Shown: positions 51,265 to 63,765, counted from the first letter of the whole stretch. The stretch is DNA of 63,792 nucleotides, filler included, from Octopus bimaculoides (GCF_001194135.2; 5 parts of 5 records of this genome joined end to end with filler, not necessarily neighbours in it); one strand, 5' to 3'. Notes: generated by a model not told the origin, from the letters alone. Translations and numbers: made by a program.

Positions 51265-51704
51265 CACAGCCATACATACACATAAAGTCACAAATGAGAG
51301 AAATAGTTTCATGAAATTTTATTTAACTGTAAGAAAATTCTAATTTCACAACAAATTGTTTTGTAACTTAAAAACATCTAAATAATTCACATTATTATAT
51401 TTAATAATAAAAAAATTACTTACATGTACATATGTATGTATATGTATGTGTGTGTATGCATGTGTGTCCATGTGTATGTATATATATATATATATATGTG
51501 TGTGTGTATGTATATATGTGTATGCATATTTATGTATATATATGTATATTTATATGTACGTATTTATGTGTATGTATGTATGTATATGCATGCATATATG
51601 TATATGCATGTATAGGGAGAATTCACAAAAAAAAACAAAAGACGAAGACAGGACGCGTAGAAAACAAATAGATGTGTTAGTATAACGCTCGGGAATTGAA
51701 AAAG

Positions 51705-51742
51705 TCTTTAACGTTTCGAGCCTACGCTCTCTCACAGAAAGA
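51705..51742 (-). ncRNA. Hammerhead-like motif with degenerate core in a pLTR-type repeat (~51612-51760)
   Basis: TCTTT-CTGTGAGA-GAGC(gtag)GCTC-GAAA-CG-TT-AAAGA: stems I and II, GAAA and palindromic AACGTT intact; core deviates from CUGANGA. Confidence 0.5.
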
Positions 51743-51804
51743 AACAAGGAGAGAAACAAATTTATGCATACATAGATGTATACTTAGATGTATTTATGTA
51801 TGTA

Positions 51805-51853
<49 letters not shown>

Positions 51854-52416
51854 NNNNNNNNNNNNNNNNNNNNNNNNNNNNNNNNNNNNNNNNNNNNNNN
51901 NNNNNNNNNNNNNNNNNNNNNNNNNNNNNNNNNNNNNNNNNNNNNNNNNNNNNNNNNNNNNNNNNNNNNNNNNNNNNNNNNNNNNNNNNNNNNNNNNNNN
52001 NNNNNNNNNNNNNNNNNNNNNNNNNNNNNNNNNNNNNNNNNNNNNNNNNNNNNNNNNNNNNNNNNNNNNNNNNNNNNNATGAGTATGTATATTTATTGTA
52101 TTGCTTTGCAGGTGTAGTATTTGAAAACAAGTGTAATAGGATTTTAGCCCTTTTAATGACAGGCCACTTGGGATCATTCTTGATAATAAAAGCAGTCAGG
52201 TTTAGATTACAATTTAGATAGAAAATGTCTAAAATAGATGCAGGCAACATAAATGTATGGTTAGAGAGATTGCTTTGCAACCGTGTAGAATAACAAAAAT
52301 TGGCAGGTCAGCTTATAATATAGACATATAGTAACTGTATAATAATCTAGGTAAGTTATAAGTGTTTCTCCTAAAAGAGTCTCAAAGGTTCTCGAATGTA
52401 CCTTACATATAATATT

Positions 52417-52802
52417 GTGGCTGTGTGGTAAGAAGCTTGCTTCCCAATCACATGGCTCCAAGTTCAGTCCCACTGCATGGCACCTTAGGCAATTTTCTTC
52501 TACTGTCGTTTCGGGCCAACCAAAGCCTTGTGAGTGGGTTTAGTGGATGGAAACTGAAAGAAGCCTGTTGTGTGTGTGTGTGTCTTTGTGTCTGTTTGTG
52601 CCATCCCACCACCACCACCATCGCTTGACAACCGATGTTGGTGTGTTTACGTCCCTGTAACTTAGTGGTTCAGCAAAATAGGCTGATAGAATAAGTATTG
52701 GGCTTACGAAGAATAAGTTCTGGGGTCGAATTTCTTTGACTAAAAATCCCTTTAAAGTGGTGCTCTAGCTTGGCCATAGTCAAATGACTGAAAGAAGTAA
52801 AA

Positions 52803-52805
<3 letters not shown>
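52417..52805 (+). mobile_element. SINE family C, full length, CpG-decayed
   Basis: Head to tail colinear with 38361-38768. Confidence 0.85.
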
Positions 52806-52840
<35 letters not shown>

Positions 52841-52885
52841 ATGGTTGTTACTACCTCAATGTGGTTGTCCTGTACTGCTTCTTGA

Positions 52886-52920
52886 CTGAGGAGGAGTTTA
52901 TACTCAGAAACCACCTGGTC
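52886..52920 (+). ncRNA. Hammerhead-like motif (canonical core, GUC site, degenerate stem I)
   Basis: CTGAGGA-G-GAGT(ttat)ACTC-A-GAAA-CCA(cc)TGG-TC; enclosed by a 25-bp inverted repeat (52844-52868 / 53056-53080). Confidence 0.5.
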
Positions 52921-53146
52921 TATTGGTTCCTGTTCATGCTAGATCAAAGTTGTTCGCTTCCTTGTTTGCAATAAAATGGACACAGATAGTGTGTCGTTAA
53001 GCAGCTGGAGATGTCCTCCTGGGGTAAAACTAGTAGTAACAGTGTTCTGTATGAAACAACCATGTTGAGGTGGTAACAACTGTTACTTTCCAAGAGTTAC
53101 TGCTTCCATCTAGTTTAGACATTTTAGAACTAGCTACTTTGTTTGC

Positions 53147-53179
<33 letters not shown>

Positions 53180-53444
53180 GTTGTTGGCACTCCGTCGCTA
53201 ACGACATCGAGGGTTTCAGTTGATCCGATCAACGGAACAGCCTGCTCGTGAAATTAACGTGCAAGTGGCTGAGCACTCCACAGACACACATACCCTTAAC
53301 GTAGTTCTCGGGGATATTCAGCGTGACATAGAGTGTGACAAGGCTGACCCTTTGAATTACAGGCACCACAGAAACAGGAAGTAAGAGTGAGAGAAAGTTG
53401 TGGTGAAAGAGTACAGCAGGGTTCGCCACCATCCCCTGCCGGAG
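53180..53444 (-). mobile_element. SINE family E, cut by scaffold join
   Basis: Matches the 3' two-thirds of the other E copies. Confidence 0.85.
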
Positions 53445-53656
53445 NNNNNNNNNNNNNNNNNNNNNNNNNNNNNNNNNNNNNNNNNNNNTTAATTAATTAA
53501 NNNNNNNNNNNNNNNNNNNNNNNNNNNNNNNNNNNNNNNNNNNNGATTCCAAACTACTGATTTTGTAGTTTGGAATCAGTAGTTCTTTGACTGCTATTTC
53601 TAAATTTTCAGTATGTTGGAGAAGCAACTCAATTGCTAATCCCTGTATATTTATAA

Positions 53657-53692
<36 letters not shown>

Positions 53693-53894
53693 AAATTTCC
53701 ACAGAATGGTGGCAACAATTAGGTGCGTGGTATGTAAAATATGTGTGGTTTTGTGCAAGTATAAACTAACTGCGGCCATTTGCATGATTTCCACAAACTT
53801 TCAGTGTTCCAAATTATTAACAAGTGGTCTGATAATCGTGTAATTGTGGGTCGTAACTGCGACTGAACTGCATCAGAGTAATCTGTTATTATAA

Positions 53895-54360
53895 ATGGTA
53901 AATCAACATTAGAAGTATCTAAAATAATTGGAAGATATCATGTTTTGCAAGTAACTTGCACATACAAGTGCTACAAGTCGAAAACTCCGTGTACCGGTAG
54001 TCAGCAAGGAGAGATGTGAAAAAAACTTGTTACAGCTCCTACAAAGATACGTAAGAGAGACGACAAGGGTCAGTCGAGGGCTGTTTCTCAACGTTCTCAC
54101 GAATTAAGTATGAAGCAAGAAAGAATCAAGGTTTTACAATTGGAGAACTTTTCAAGCGCATTGGCGAAATGACTGTGTCTAGAACTACCAAATGGCGTCT
54201 TCTGAAAAAGGTCGATAAACCTCTGACATTACTTAAAAGGCCTCCTTTAAACAAAATACAGATAAAAATCATCAGAAATGGATAGAAGATAACATGAAGG
54301 TCGACTTTTCAAAAGTTTTCTTTACAGATGAAGCTCGTGCTATCCTTGATGAACCTGCGC
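53895..54360 (+). mobile_element. Tc1-like transposase fragment (pseudogenised)
   Basis: RDVKKLVTAPTKIRKRDDKG / RIKYEARKN..TVSRTTKWRLL..KRPPLNK / KWIEDNMKVDFSKVFFTDEARAILDEP; first catalytic Asp present (FTDE), two frameshifts, truncated. Confidence 0.75.
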
Positions 54361-55063
54361 AGGATTAAAATGGCATAGTCTTTTTATTGATTTCCCTGTT
54401 TCACTCATGTGACTGCAGCCATACTGGAGCACCGCATTTAGTCGAATAAATCGACCCCAGACTTTATTCTTCGTAACCCAGGTACTTATTCTATCAGCGT
54501 CTTTTCCCGAACTGCTAAATTATGGGAACATTAGACACAGCAACATCGGTTGTCAGGCAACGATGGGGATACAAACGCAGACACATAGACAAACACACAC
54601 ATATATGTACATATATAAATATAAATATATATATCTACATACATATATATACATATATGTATACACGTATATAAATGCATATATATATATATATATANNN
54701 NNNNNNNNNNNNNNNNNNNNNNNNNNNNNNNNNNNNNNNNNNNNNNNNNNNNNNNNNNNNNNNNNNNNNNNNNNNNNNNNNNNNNNNNNNNNNNNNNNNN
54801 NNNNNNNNNNNNNNNNNNNNNNNNNNNNNNNNNNNNNNNNNNNNNNNNNNNNNNNNNNNNNNNNNNNNNNNNNNNNNNNNNNNNNNNNNNNNNNNNNNNN
54901 NNNNNNNNNNNNNNNNNNNNNNNNNNNNNNNNNNNNNNNNNNNNNNNNNNNNNNNNNNNNNNNNNNNNNNNNNNNNNNNNNNNNNNNNNNNAAGTTCGGT
55001 ACCTATTCTATCAGCTTCTTTTCTTAAACAAACCAATACTGGTTGCCAAGCAGTGGTGGGGGA

Positions 55064-55127
<64 letters not shown>

Positions 55128-55395
55128 TGTATGTATGTATGTATGTATGTATGTATCTATCTATTTATCTATCTATCTATCTGTCTATTTATATGTGTGT
55201 GTATGTGTGTGTGTATTTATGTATATATGCAAGAGTGGCTGTGTGATAAGAAGCTTGCTTGCCAGCCACATGTTTTCGGGTTGAGTCCCACTGCGTGGCA
55301 CCTTGTGCAAGAGTCTTCTACTATAGCCTCGGGCCGACCAATATGTACATATATAGATATATATACATAGTGAATCTAATAGAAATGAAACTATT

Positions 55396-55429
<34 letters not shown>

Positions 55430-55431
<2 letters not shown>

Positions 55432-55762
55432 GTGAAACTAACAAAAATGAAATTATTAAAAGTGAAACTATTGAAAGTGAAACCATATAATAGTGAAACT
55501 AATATAACAATATAACAATGGAGATGCCATTATTTCACTGTTGACACGTAATAGCAAAACTGTCTAAGCGATTGCTCCGGGCTCGCATAAGGCAAGAAGT
55601 TGCAAAATTTTTGGGGCCTATGACACTGCATAGACCCTAAATAATGCATGTGTAAAATTTGAATGAAATCAGTTGGGTAGTTCTCCAGTTTTAGTGATGC
55701 ACACATACATACATACGCACATACACACACATACATTCTCAGTTTTATATATATATTACTAG
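55430..55762 (-). mobile_element. Non-autonomous Helitron-like repeat; second copy at 58900-59221 (+)
   Basis: Both begin TAGTAAT(C/A)TATATATATAAAA(C/A)TGAGAATG-(TG)n-..CTAAAACT.GAGAACTAC...ATTCAAATTTTACA. A TC start with a subterminal microsatellite is typical of Helitron derivatives; no 3' hairpin identified. Confidence 0.45.
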
Positions 55763-55944
55763 TTTCAGTCAATAAACTGTGGCCATACTGAGGCACCGCC
55801 TTGAGGAAATTTTTAATCGAATGAATCGACGCGAGGATCTACTTTTGAAAGTTCGGTACTTATTGTATCGGCTTCTTTTGCTAAGTTTCGGGGGCATAAA
55901 CGAACCAATACTGATTGCCAAGTCAGGTGGGGGTGGGGGCATGT

Positions 55945-56127
55945 AGATGAATTAGATCTCATATTGAAGCAGTTGTTGAAGCTGAAAGTAGCTTTATTGA
56001 ATAACATTATAGAAAAATGGCTATTTTTATCCTCATAGTATTTTTTGATAAATAAAATTATTATCTGTTATTATATAGCTGTTTTTTTATAAACATAAAT
56101 CTGTCCTCAAATATCTTACGCATCCTG
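55945..56127 (+). mobile_element. Tc1/mariner 3' end fragment
   Basis: AVVEAESSFIE* resembles the terminal AVIxAxGxYIE*; ends ...CATCCTG|TA. Confidence 0.4.
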
Positions 56128-56134
56128 TATGTCT

Positions 56135-57445
56135 GTTATGTCCTGTTATTTGTATTTGTGTAACATTCTCCGTTTTTTTCCGTCATTGTTTTCGTATACA
56201 TTCGCTGCTTTCTTCCAAGGAATTTAATGCTCTTAGCTTAGTTTTTCCTTAGGGCTGGCCGAAATTGCAAAGATAATCTGGAACTCGACTGAGGAAAGAA
56301 AACTCCGAATGATCCGTCCTTGTTTTCTTTGTATCGTCTGTCTGGATGCTTTGTTGTCCCTTTTTTGTATCACCTATCTGTCTGGATGCTTTGCGTTCTT
56401 GTCCCATTTTGTATTTTATATATATATATATATATNNNNNNNNNNNNNNNNNNNNNNNNNNNNNNNNNNNNNNNNNNNNNNNNNNNNNNNNNNNNNNNNN
56501 NNNNNNNNNNNNNNNNNNNNNNNNNNNNNNNNNNNNNNNNNNNNNNNNNNNNNNNNNNNNNNNNNNNNNNNNNNNNNNNNNNNNNNNNNNNNNNNNNNNN
56601 NNNNNNNNNNNNNNNNNNNNNNNNNNNNNNNNNNNNNNNNNNNNNNNNNNNNNNNNAGTGTACGTACACTGTGGTCTCTTATATGTAAGTATATATTTAT
56701 CTAAATGTTGTACGACTCTATTCTTTCTATTCTTTTATTCTTTCCTTCTATCAGCCCTTTCACGCTTCGTTCATTCCACTTTCTTTCGTTCCCCCTCTCT
56801 CACATTTCCTTGCTTTCTCTTCATGCTCACTTTCCCTCCTCTTCTCACTTCACTGTGTCCCTGTCACTTTTTCTCGCCCCTCCTTATTTCTTCTGTCCCT
56901 CTGCCTCTACCTATTTCGCTCCTCTCCCCACGTGACCGGTGTTCAGCCAAGCCTGATCTTTCTTTCTTGGTTCGGCCGCATCCGTGCAACATCTATATTC
57001 CTCCCTATGCCTGTGAAATCTTGCATTCCTCCCTATGCCTGTGAAATCTTGCATCCCTCCCGTAAAGCATTACTTCCATATACGCCAGCTTAATTTAATT
57101 CATCCTTAGTCGAAAGACACCTATTGTTATGTCCTGTTATTTGTATTTGTGTAACATTCTCCGTTTTTTTCCGTCCTTGTTTTCGTATACATTCGCTGCT
57201 TTCTTCCAAGGAATCTAATGCTCTTAGCTTAGTTTTTCCTTGCGGCTGGCTAGATTGGAGCAATCTCGAGTATAACCAGCCGAAATTGCAAGGATAATCT
57301 GGAACTCGACTGAGGATAGAAAGCTCCGAATGACCTGTCCTTGTTTTCTTTGTATCGTCTATCTAGATGTTTTCTTGTTCCTTTTTTGTATCACCTAACT
57401 GTCTGGATGTTTTGCGTTCTTGTCCCATTTTGTATTTTATATATG

Positions 57446-57479
<34 letters not shown>

Positions 57480-58345
57480 NNNNNNNNNNNNNNNNNNNNN
57501 NNNNNNNNNNNNNNNNNNNNNNNNNNNNNNNNNNNNNNNNNNNNNNNNNNNNNNNNNNNNNNNNNNNNNNNNNNNNNNNNNNNNNNNNNNNNNNNNNNNN
57601 NNNNNNNNNNNNNNNNNNNNNNNNNNNNNNNNNNNNNNNNNNNNNNNNNNNNNNNNNNNNNNNNNNNNNNNNNNNNNNNNNNNNNNNNNNNNNNNNNNNN
57701 NNNNNNNNNNNNNNNNNNNNNNNNNNNNNNNNNNNNNNNNNNNNNNNNNNNNNNNNNNNNNNNNNNNNNNNNNNNNNNNNNNNNNNNNNNNNNNNNNNNN
57801 NNNNNNNNNNNNNNNNNNNNNNNNNNNNNNNNNNNNNNNNNNNNNNNNNNNNNNNNNNNNNNNNNNNNNNNNNNNNNNNNNNNNNNNNNNNNNNNNNNNN
57901 NNNNNNNNNNNNNNNNNNNNNNNNNNNNNNNNNNNNNNNNNNNNNNNNNNNNNNNNNNNNNNNNNNNNNNNNNNNNNNNNNNNNNNNNNNNNNNNNNNNN
58001 NNNNNNNNNNNNNNNNNNNNNNNNNNNNNNNNNNNNNNNNNNNNNNNNNNNNNNNNNNNNNNNNNNNNNNNNNNNNNNNNNNNNNNNNNNNNNNNNNNNN
58101 NNNNNNNNNNNNNNNNNNNNNNNNNNNNNNNNNNNNNNNNNNNNNNNNNNNNNNNNNNNNNNNNNNNNNNNNNNNNNNNNNNNNNNNNNNNNNNNNNNNN
58201 NNNNNNNNNNNNNNNNNNNNNNNNNNNNNNNNNNNNNNNNNNNNNNNNNNNNNNNNNNNNNNNNNNNNNNNNNNNNNNNNNNNNNNNNNNNNNNNNNNAT
58301 ATATATATATATATATAGCGGTGTACGTACACTTTGGTCTCTTAT
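56135..58345 (+). repeat. Family H partial-tandem pair (truncated copy followed by longer copy)
   Basis: Copies at 56135-56415 and ~56700-57435, each followed across a microsatellite gap by the same tail containing palindrome GTGTACGTACAC (56658, 58321). Confidence 0.7.
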
Positions 58346-58718
58346 ATATATATACGACGGTTTCTTTCACTTTCCGCCAAACAAATTCACTCACAAGACT
58401 TTAGTCGGCCTGAGGCGGCTATAATTGAAGACACTTGCCCAAGGTGCCACGCTGTGGGACTAAACCCGGAACCATATGACTAGGGAGCAAACTTCCTACC
58501 ACACATCTATACATAGACATACGCATACATGTTAATATGTATGTATGAGTGTGTGTGAAAGCATATGTGTGTATGTGCCTGTGTGTGTATGTATATGTGT
58601 TTGTGTGTGATTGTGTGTGTATTCTTTTCATTTCGAGAATTCAAACTGGCCACTAACCAAGTGACAAGTCTCTTTTATATCAGTTAAGGTACTGACGGTT
58701 TCTGGTCATCTGAATCAG

Positions 58719-58803
<85 letters not shown>

Positions 58804-58899
58804 TAATAATCTTTTCATTTTAAAAAATGAATACGTTTGAGATCAACATTATTAAAGGTAGTCTTTGGCGAGTTTTCCAACAGTTATACAAGTTAGTAA

Positions 58900-59221
58900 T
58901 CTATATATATAAAAATGAGAATGTGTGTCTGTCTATCTCTGTGTGTGTGTGTGAATCCCTAAAACTCGAGAACTACGTAACCAATTTTATTCAAATTTTA
59001 CAGATGCCTTACTTAGGGTTCCAGTTGTGTTTTAGTCAAAAAATTTTTTAAACTTCTTGCAGAGTTCGAGCCCACGGCAACATAATATCTCTTCCACTAT
59101 TTAAGTATTTACGTGTCAAAAGTGAAACAAAAACACTCATGTCAAATACTTTCACTTTAAAACTGAAACTATTCTACTAACTGAAACAATCACATTTCGA
59201 TACTGTAATGACAGATACTTT
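58900..59221 (+). mobile_element. Non-autonomous Helitron-like repeat
   Basis: A|TCTATATATATAAAAATGAGAATGTGTG start; homologous to 55430-55762. Confidence 0.45.
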
Positions 59222-59940
59222 CAGAGAGAGAGAGAGAAAGAGAGAGAGANNNNNNNNNNNNNNNNNNNNNNNNNNNNNNNNNNNNNNNNNNNNNNNNNNN
59301 NNNNNNNNNNNNNNNNNNNNNNNNNNNNNNNNNNNNNNNNNNNNNNNNNNNNNNNNNNNNNNNNNNNNNNNNNNNNNNNNNNNNNNNNNNNNNNNNNNNN
59401 NNNNNNNNNNNNNNNNNNNNNNNNNNNNNNNNNNNNNNNNNNNNNNNNNNNNNNNNNNNNNNNNNNNNNNNNNNNNNNNNNNNNNNNNNNNNNNNNNNNN
59501 NNNNNNNNNNNNNNNNNNNNNNNNNNNNNNNNNNNNNNNNNNNNNNNNNNNNNNNNNNNNNNNNNNNNNNNNNNNNNNNNNNNNNNNNNNNNNNNNNNNN
59601 NNNNNNNNNNNNNNNNNNNNNNNNNNNNNNNNNNNNNNNNNNNNNNNNNNNNNNNNNNNNNNNNNNNNNNNNNNNNNNNNNNNNNNNNNNNNNNNNNNNN
59701 NNNNNNNNNNNNNNNNNNNNNNNNNNNNNNNNNNNNNNNNNNNNNNNNNNNNNNNNNNNNNNNNNNNNNNNNNNNNNNNNNNNNNNNNNNNNNNNNNNNN
59801 NNNNNNNNNNNNNNNNNNNNNNNNNNNNNNNNNNNNNNNNNNNNNNNNNNNTTTGTCATTGCTGTAACTATTTAAAGAAACTGCATTGTGTACTATTTTA
59901 AAAGCAATATAACAAAAAGTGTGCAAGTGTGTGTGGGGGG

Positions 59941-59979
<39 letters not shown>

Positions 59980-61520
59980 TTATATATACATGGATAAAGA
60001 CGCACATATATGTTTGGGGTGAAAGAGAAAGGAGGTAGATTTAGATTGTTCATTGTAACATAACATATTGTACTCGACTTGATATTTGTTGTACTCGTTG
60101 TCGTTGTTGTTGCTTTATACCCAGGTCATACACGGGGAAAACTTAGGGACAATTGAGCCCCAGCCGTTACCGCCCAGTTTCTTTTTCTCTTTTGTTATTT
60201 TCAACAACGTCTGAAGCAATGTTTCTCAAATGTCTAATACTGTATTCAAAATTGAATTAAATATCTAATGCAGTGTGGGAAGAGCATTATTAGTTCAATG
60301 ACTCATACTATTTTAATCATTTAGGCAAGTAAGGGAAACAACTTTGAACATGATTTGTGTCAGTATTATTAGACCTCGTTAGCAAACATAAAATTCACCT
60401 TACTTCCATCTGTAGTTGATGAGAGAATCCCTTGTTCTGGCATACAAATATGTTAAATCGAGTTTGATATACTTAGCGAGCCAATTTAGGAATTTCTACG
60501 CTCCGCCTGCCTGAAGTAGCAGATATATTTCCCCCCATAACACACTTGTATTAAAAAAGAGAAAGGTATATTAATTAATGTAGTCCCAAGCACACTATAA
60601 ATGAAAAATAATGGATGGTAGATCATGGATGAAATGCCTTCGATAGCTCTGTTTGGTCAGAGCTAACTTGGTCTCTAAACCAGTCATGAGCAAATTGCGT
60701 CCAGCGGGACTTTCTGAATGGCGCGCGTAACGAAAATCTACCTTGAATTTTTTGTTAGTAGTGTGTCCCACCTGATAACAAGCCATGGCTCATGCAGTCC
60801 ACTTCTCGAAAAAGATTGCCCGGGCCTGGTCTATATAATCACTATTCGAAAACTATTTTACTTATGGGGAAGCCTTTATGTAGTCTCCTAAATGTAGTCT
60901 CGTTATATTTCCTCCAAATCACACCATTATGGTCCCAGAAAAGGAGAAATGATCGTGGTTTGAGTGTTTTTGATCACAGATGTGTCCTATTGAAGCTGAT
61001 TTGAGACAAAAAACATCATCAACAGCTACAGCGACCATGAATCCACGATGGAACGTCTAATTGTTCACTTCATCTGTGTGGTAAGGAACTTGGTTCCAAA
61101 ACACATGGGTTCCAAAACACATTGGTTCCAAAACACATGGGTTCAGTCCCACTGTGTGGTAACTTGGCATGTGTCTTTTGCTATAGCCTCAGACCAACCA
61201 AAGCCTTGTGAGTCGATTTCATAGACAGAAACTGAATGAAATCAATCGTATATATATATGTATATATGTAAGTGTATGTGTGTGTCTTTGTGTCTGTGTT
61301 TCTCCTTCATCACTGCTTAACAACTGCTGTTGGTTTGTTTATATCTCCATAACCTACTGGTTTGACAAGAAGAGACTGATAGAATAAGTACCAGGCTGAT
61401 CAAAATTTTTTTAAAAAAGCACTGGGGTCGATTCATTCGACAAAAAATTCTTCGAGGCAGCCTCTCATATTTTTGTTTGCCCATTCAATTGTATCTGTCA
61501 ATCTATCTTTGTGTGTGTGT

Positions 61521-61601
<81 letters not shown>

Positions 61602-61701
61602 NNNNNNNNNNNNNNNNNNNNNNNNNNNNNNNNNNNNNNNNNNNNTTAATTAATTAANNNNNNNNNNNNNNNNNNNNNNNNNNNNNNNNNNNNNNNNNNN
61701 N

Positions 61702-63755
61702 AAGAAAGGAAAAAGAAAGAAGGAAGTAAAGAAGACATAGACTAAAAGAGAGAAACTATTACCGATGGTGAGAGAGAATATATGTAAGCAAGAGAAACAG
61801 AGAATGAGAAAATGTTAATATATTTTTTATTATCTCTAATGAATACCTCAATTATATTTAAAATCTCTTTAATAATGTTAGTTTTAACTTGAACTCCATA
61901 AGGAACAATTAACGAAATTTTGTTCTTATTATTTATATTATTATATTTATTTTTCATATTAAATTTATTATTATCGTTAAATGAATTAAATTTCATCTTA
62001 TTTTTAGTCTATTATTATTATATTTATGCTTTGTATTATCATAATACCTATTATTAATACCATAATTACCTAAATAAAACTTATCATAATTCTTAATGTT
62101 AGGTTTATTAATATAAAAAATATAGGAATCATTTATATTATAATCTTTTATATTATAATTAGAATTAGAATTATTAAAGAATTTAATATTATTATATCCC
62201 GCCTCCCACAGGGCTTCATTATAATAAGGTGCGTATTTTTGGAAAATCTCAAAATTAGAAGAAAGCAACGATATCCTTTTACCTATATTATCTGTCAACG
62301 ATTTTTTAATTGAGGGTGGATGATTACTATTAGCATTAATATATCTAAGGTTTTCATTAATTTTATGGAATGGTTGGGTTTTACCTGTTATTGAATTTAA
62401 ATTAGCATCTAAATATATAATTAACTTTATAGTTCTCATTATATATAGTAATACTTAATCCATATCTTTTTTAAAAAACTATATAGTTTCTTTTTATATA
62501 ATTCTAGTGTTCTATTGGTGCAATTCTTAGTTATTAATCTAATTGAAGTTCCGATAATAAATAAATACCTACTAAATCAGTTGCCTGTGCAGAATCTGGT
62601 GCTCCCATAGCTATATCAAAATAGTCCCTAGTATCCTTCCTAGCCCACAATTTATTATTATATCTAATCAACAATTTCCTAACCGTTTTAACTACATTAA
62701 CTTCATCATAAGTCATTCCTACCTTATTCATTGCATAAATTAGGGCCTTATTGAGTACAATCTAGAAGAAGAATATTTAACTATATCTATTTGTATGATT
62801 TTCTATCTATTTTTATCTTTAATATTTTTAAATATATTAAAGTATCATTAGTACTAGTCCAAAGTTTAAGGTAATTAATTTCATTTAATCTATTAATACA
62901 TTTATCTAAAATGATCTTACTTAATTTACCTAGATCTGATTTACATGGACAAACAAGTCTAACTTTTGGGTCAGAATAAAAATTATCCTTATGGTCTTCT
63001 GAACTAATTCTAGGGTGCATAGGTACATAAGGTTCAGTCTTATTATCTAACTAATATTTCATCATGATTAATTTAGAGGCTCTATTTATATTATAAAGAG
63101 TATTTTCTGGAACAATTTTATATTTTTCTTTCTTTCTTTCTCTAATAGATTATCATAATTTAACATCTAGTTTATACAGGTTCCTAGTTTTATCTGATTG
63201 TACTATAATTCCTTCCATATTTCGCATTTCTTTTATTTTAATGGCTAGATTTCTTAAATATTCATTATGTCTATTTGGGTATTTATGAAATTTAATATTT
63301 TTCACCACCTTCCAAATATTATCCTCTAAAAGCTGTATATCCCTATTATATGGGGGTTCCTTTCTAGATTTAAATTTTGAATTGATATAATTAGTATTCT
63401 CTACATCGTTGATATGAGATATGTTACAATTATTGGAGTAGGCTTTCCATTTAATCCTATTAATAAAATCTTTAATATTATTAAAAATTTCAAAATATAT
63501 TCTTTTCTAGATGGTATAGAAATATCCTTTAGAGATGAATTCCAAAATAGTGGCAATATATTTTTTATAAACGCTAAGTTCTACATTTTACGTTTAAACT
63601 TTTAGTTTAATAGAAATTCTTCAATAAGATAAATTATGGTTTTATTTTAAGTAATATTGTTAAATGTTTTTAGATTATTTATTTATTTATCGTTAAGGCA
63701 AGAATTTTTTATATATTTATTTGATATTTATTATAAATTAAGATACGTATATTGA

Positions 63756-63765
<10 letters not shown>
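61702..63765 (-). mobile_element. Penelope-like retroelement (probably Hydra-type, C-terminal-EN architecture), decayed ORF; endonuclease not visible
   Basis: Colinear frameshifted motifs: SLKDISIPSRKEY, FINRIKWKA, FKSRKEPP, SDKTRNLYK, DHKDNFYSDPKVRLVCPCKSDLGKLSK, FDIAMGAPDSAQATDLVGIYLL, YLDANLN, SNHPPSI, VPYGVQVKTN. 5' end abuts (ATT)n; 3' end is cut by a scaffold join. Confidence 0.8.

Noticed and set aside
53545-53584. 13-bp perfect hairpin GATTCCAAACTAC/GTAGTTTGGAATC
   Set aside because: Sits at a contig edge next to a scaffold join; may be a fold-back artefact.
60373-60456. LANIKFTLLPS as a KLHL BACK-domain exon
   Set aside because: In-frame stop immediately upstream, no acceptor, similarity superficial.
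62400-63400. In-frame stops in the Penelope ORF as selenocysteine recoding (Naiad-like)
   Set aside because: Stops seen are mostly TAA/TAG, accompanied by frameshifts and loss of the catalytic motif; domain order is not Naiad-like.
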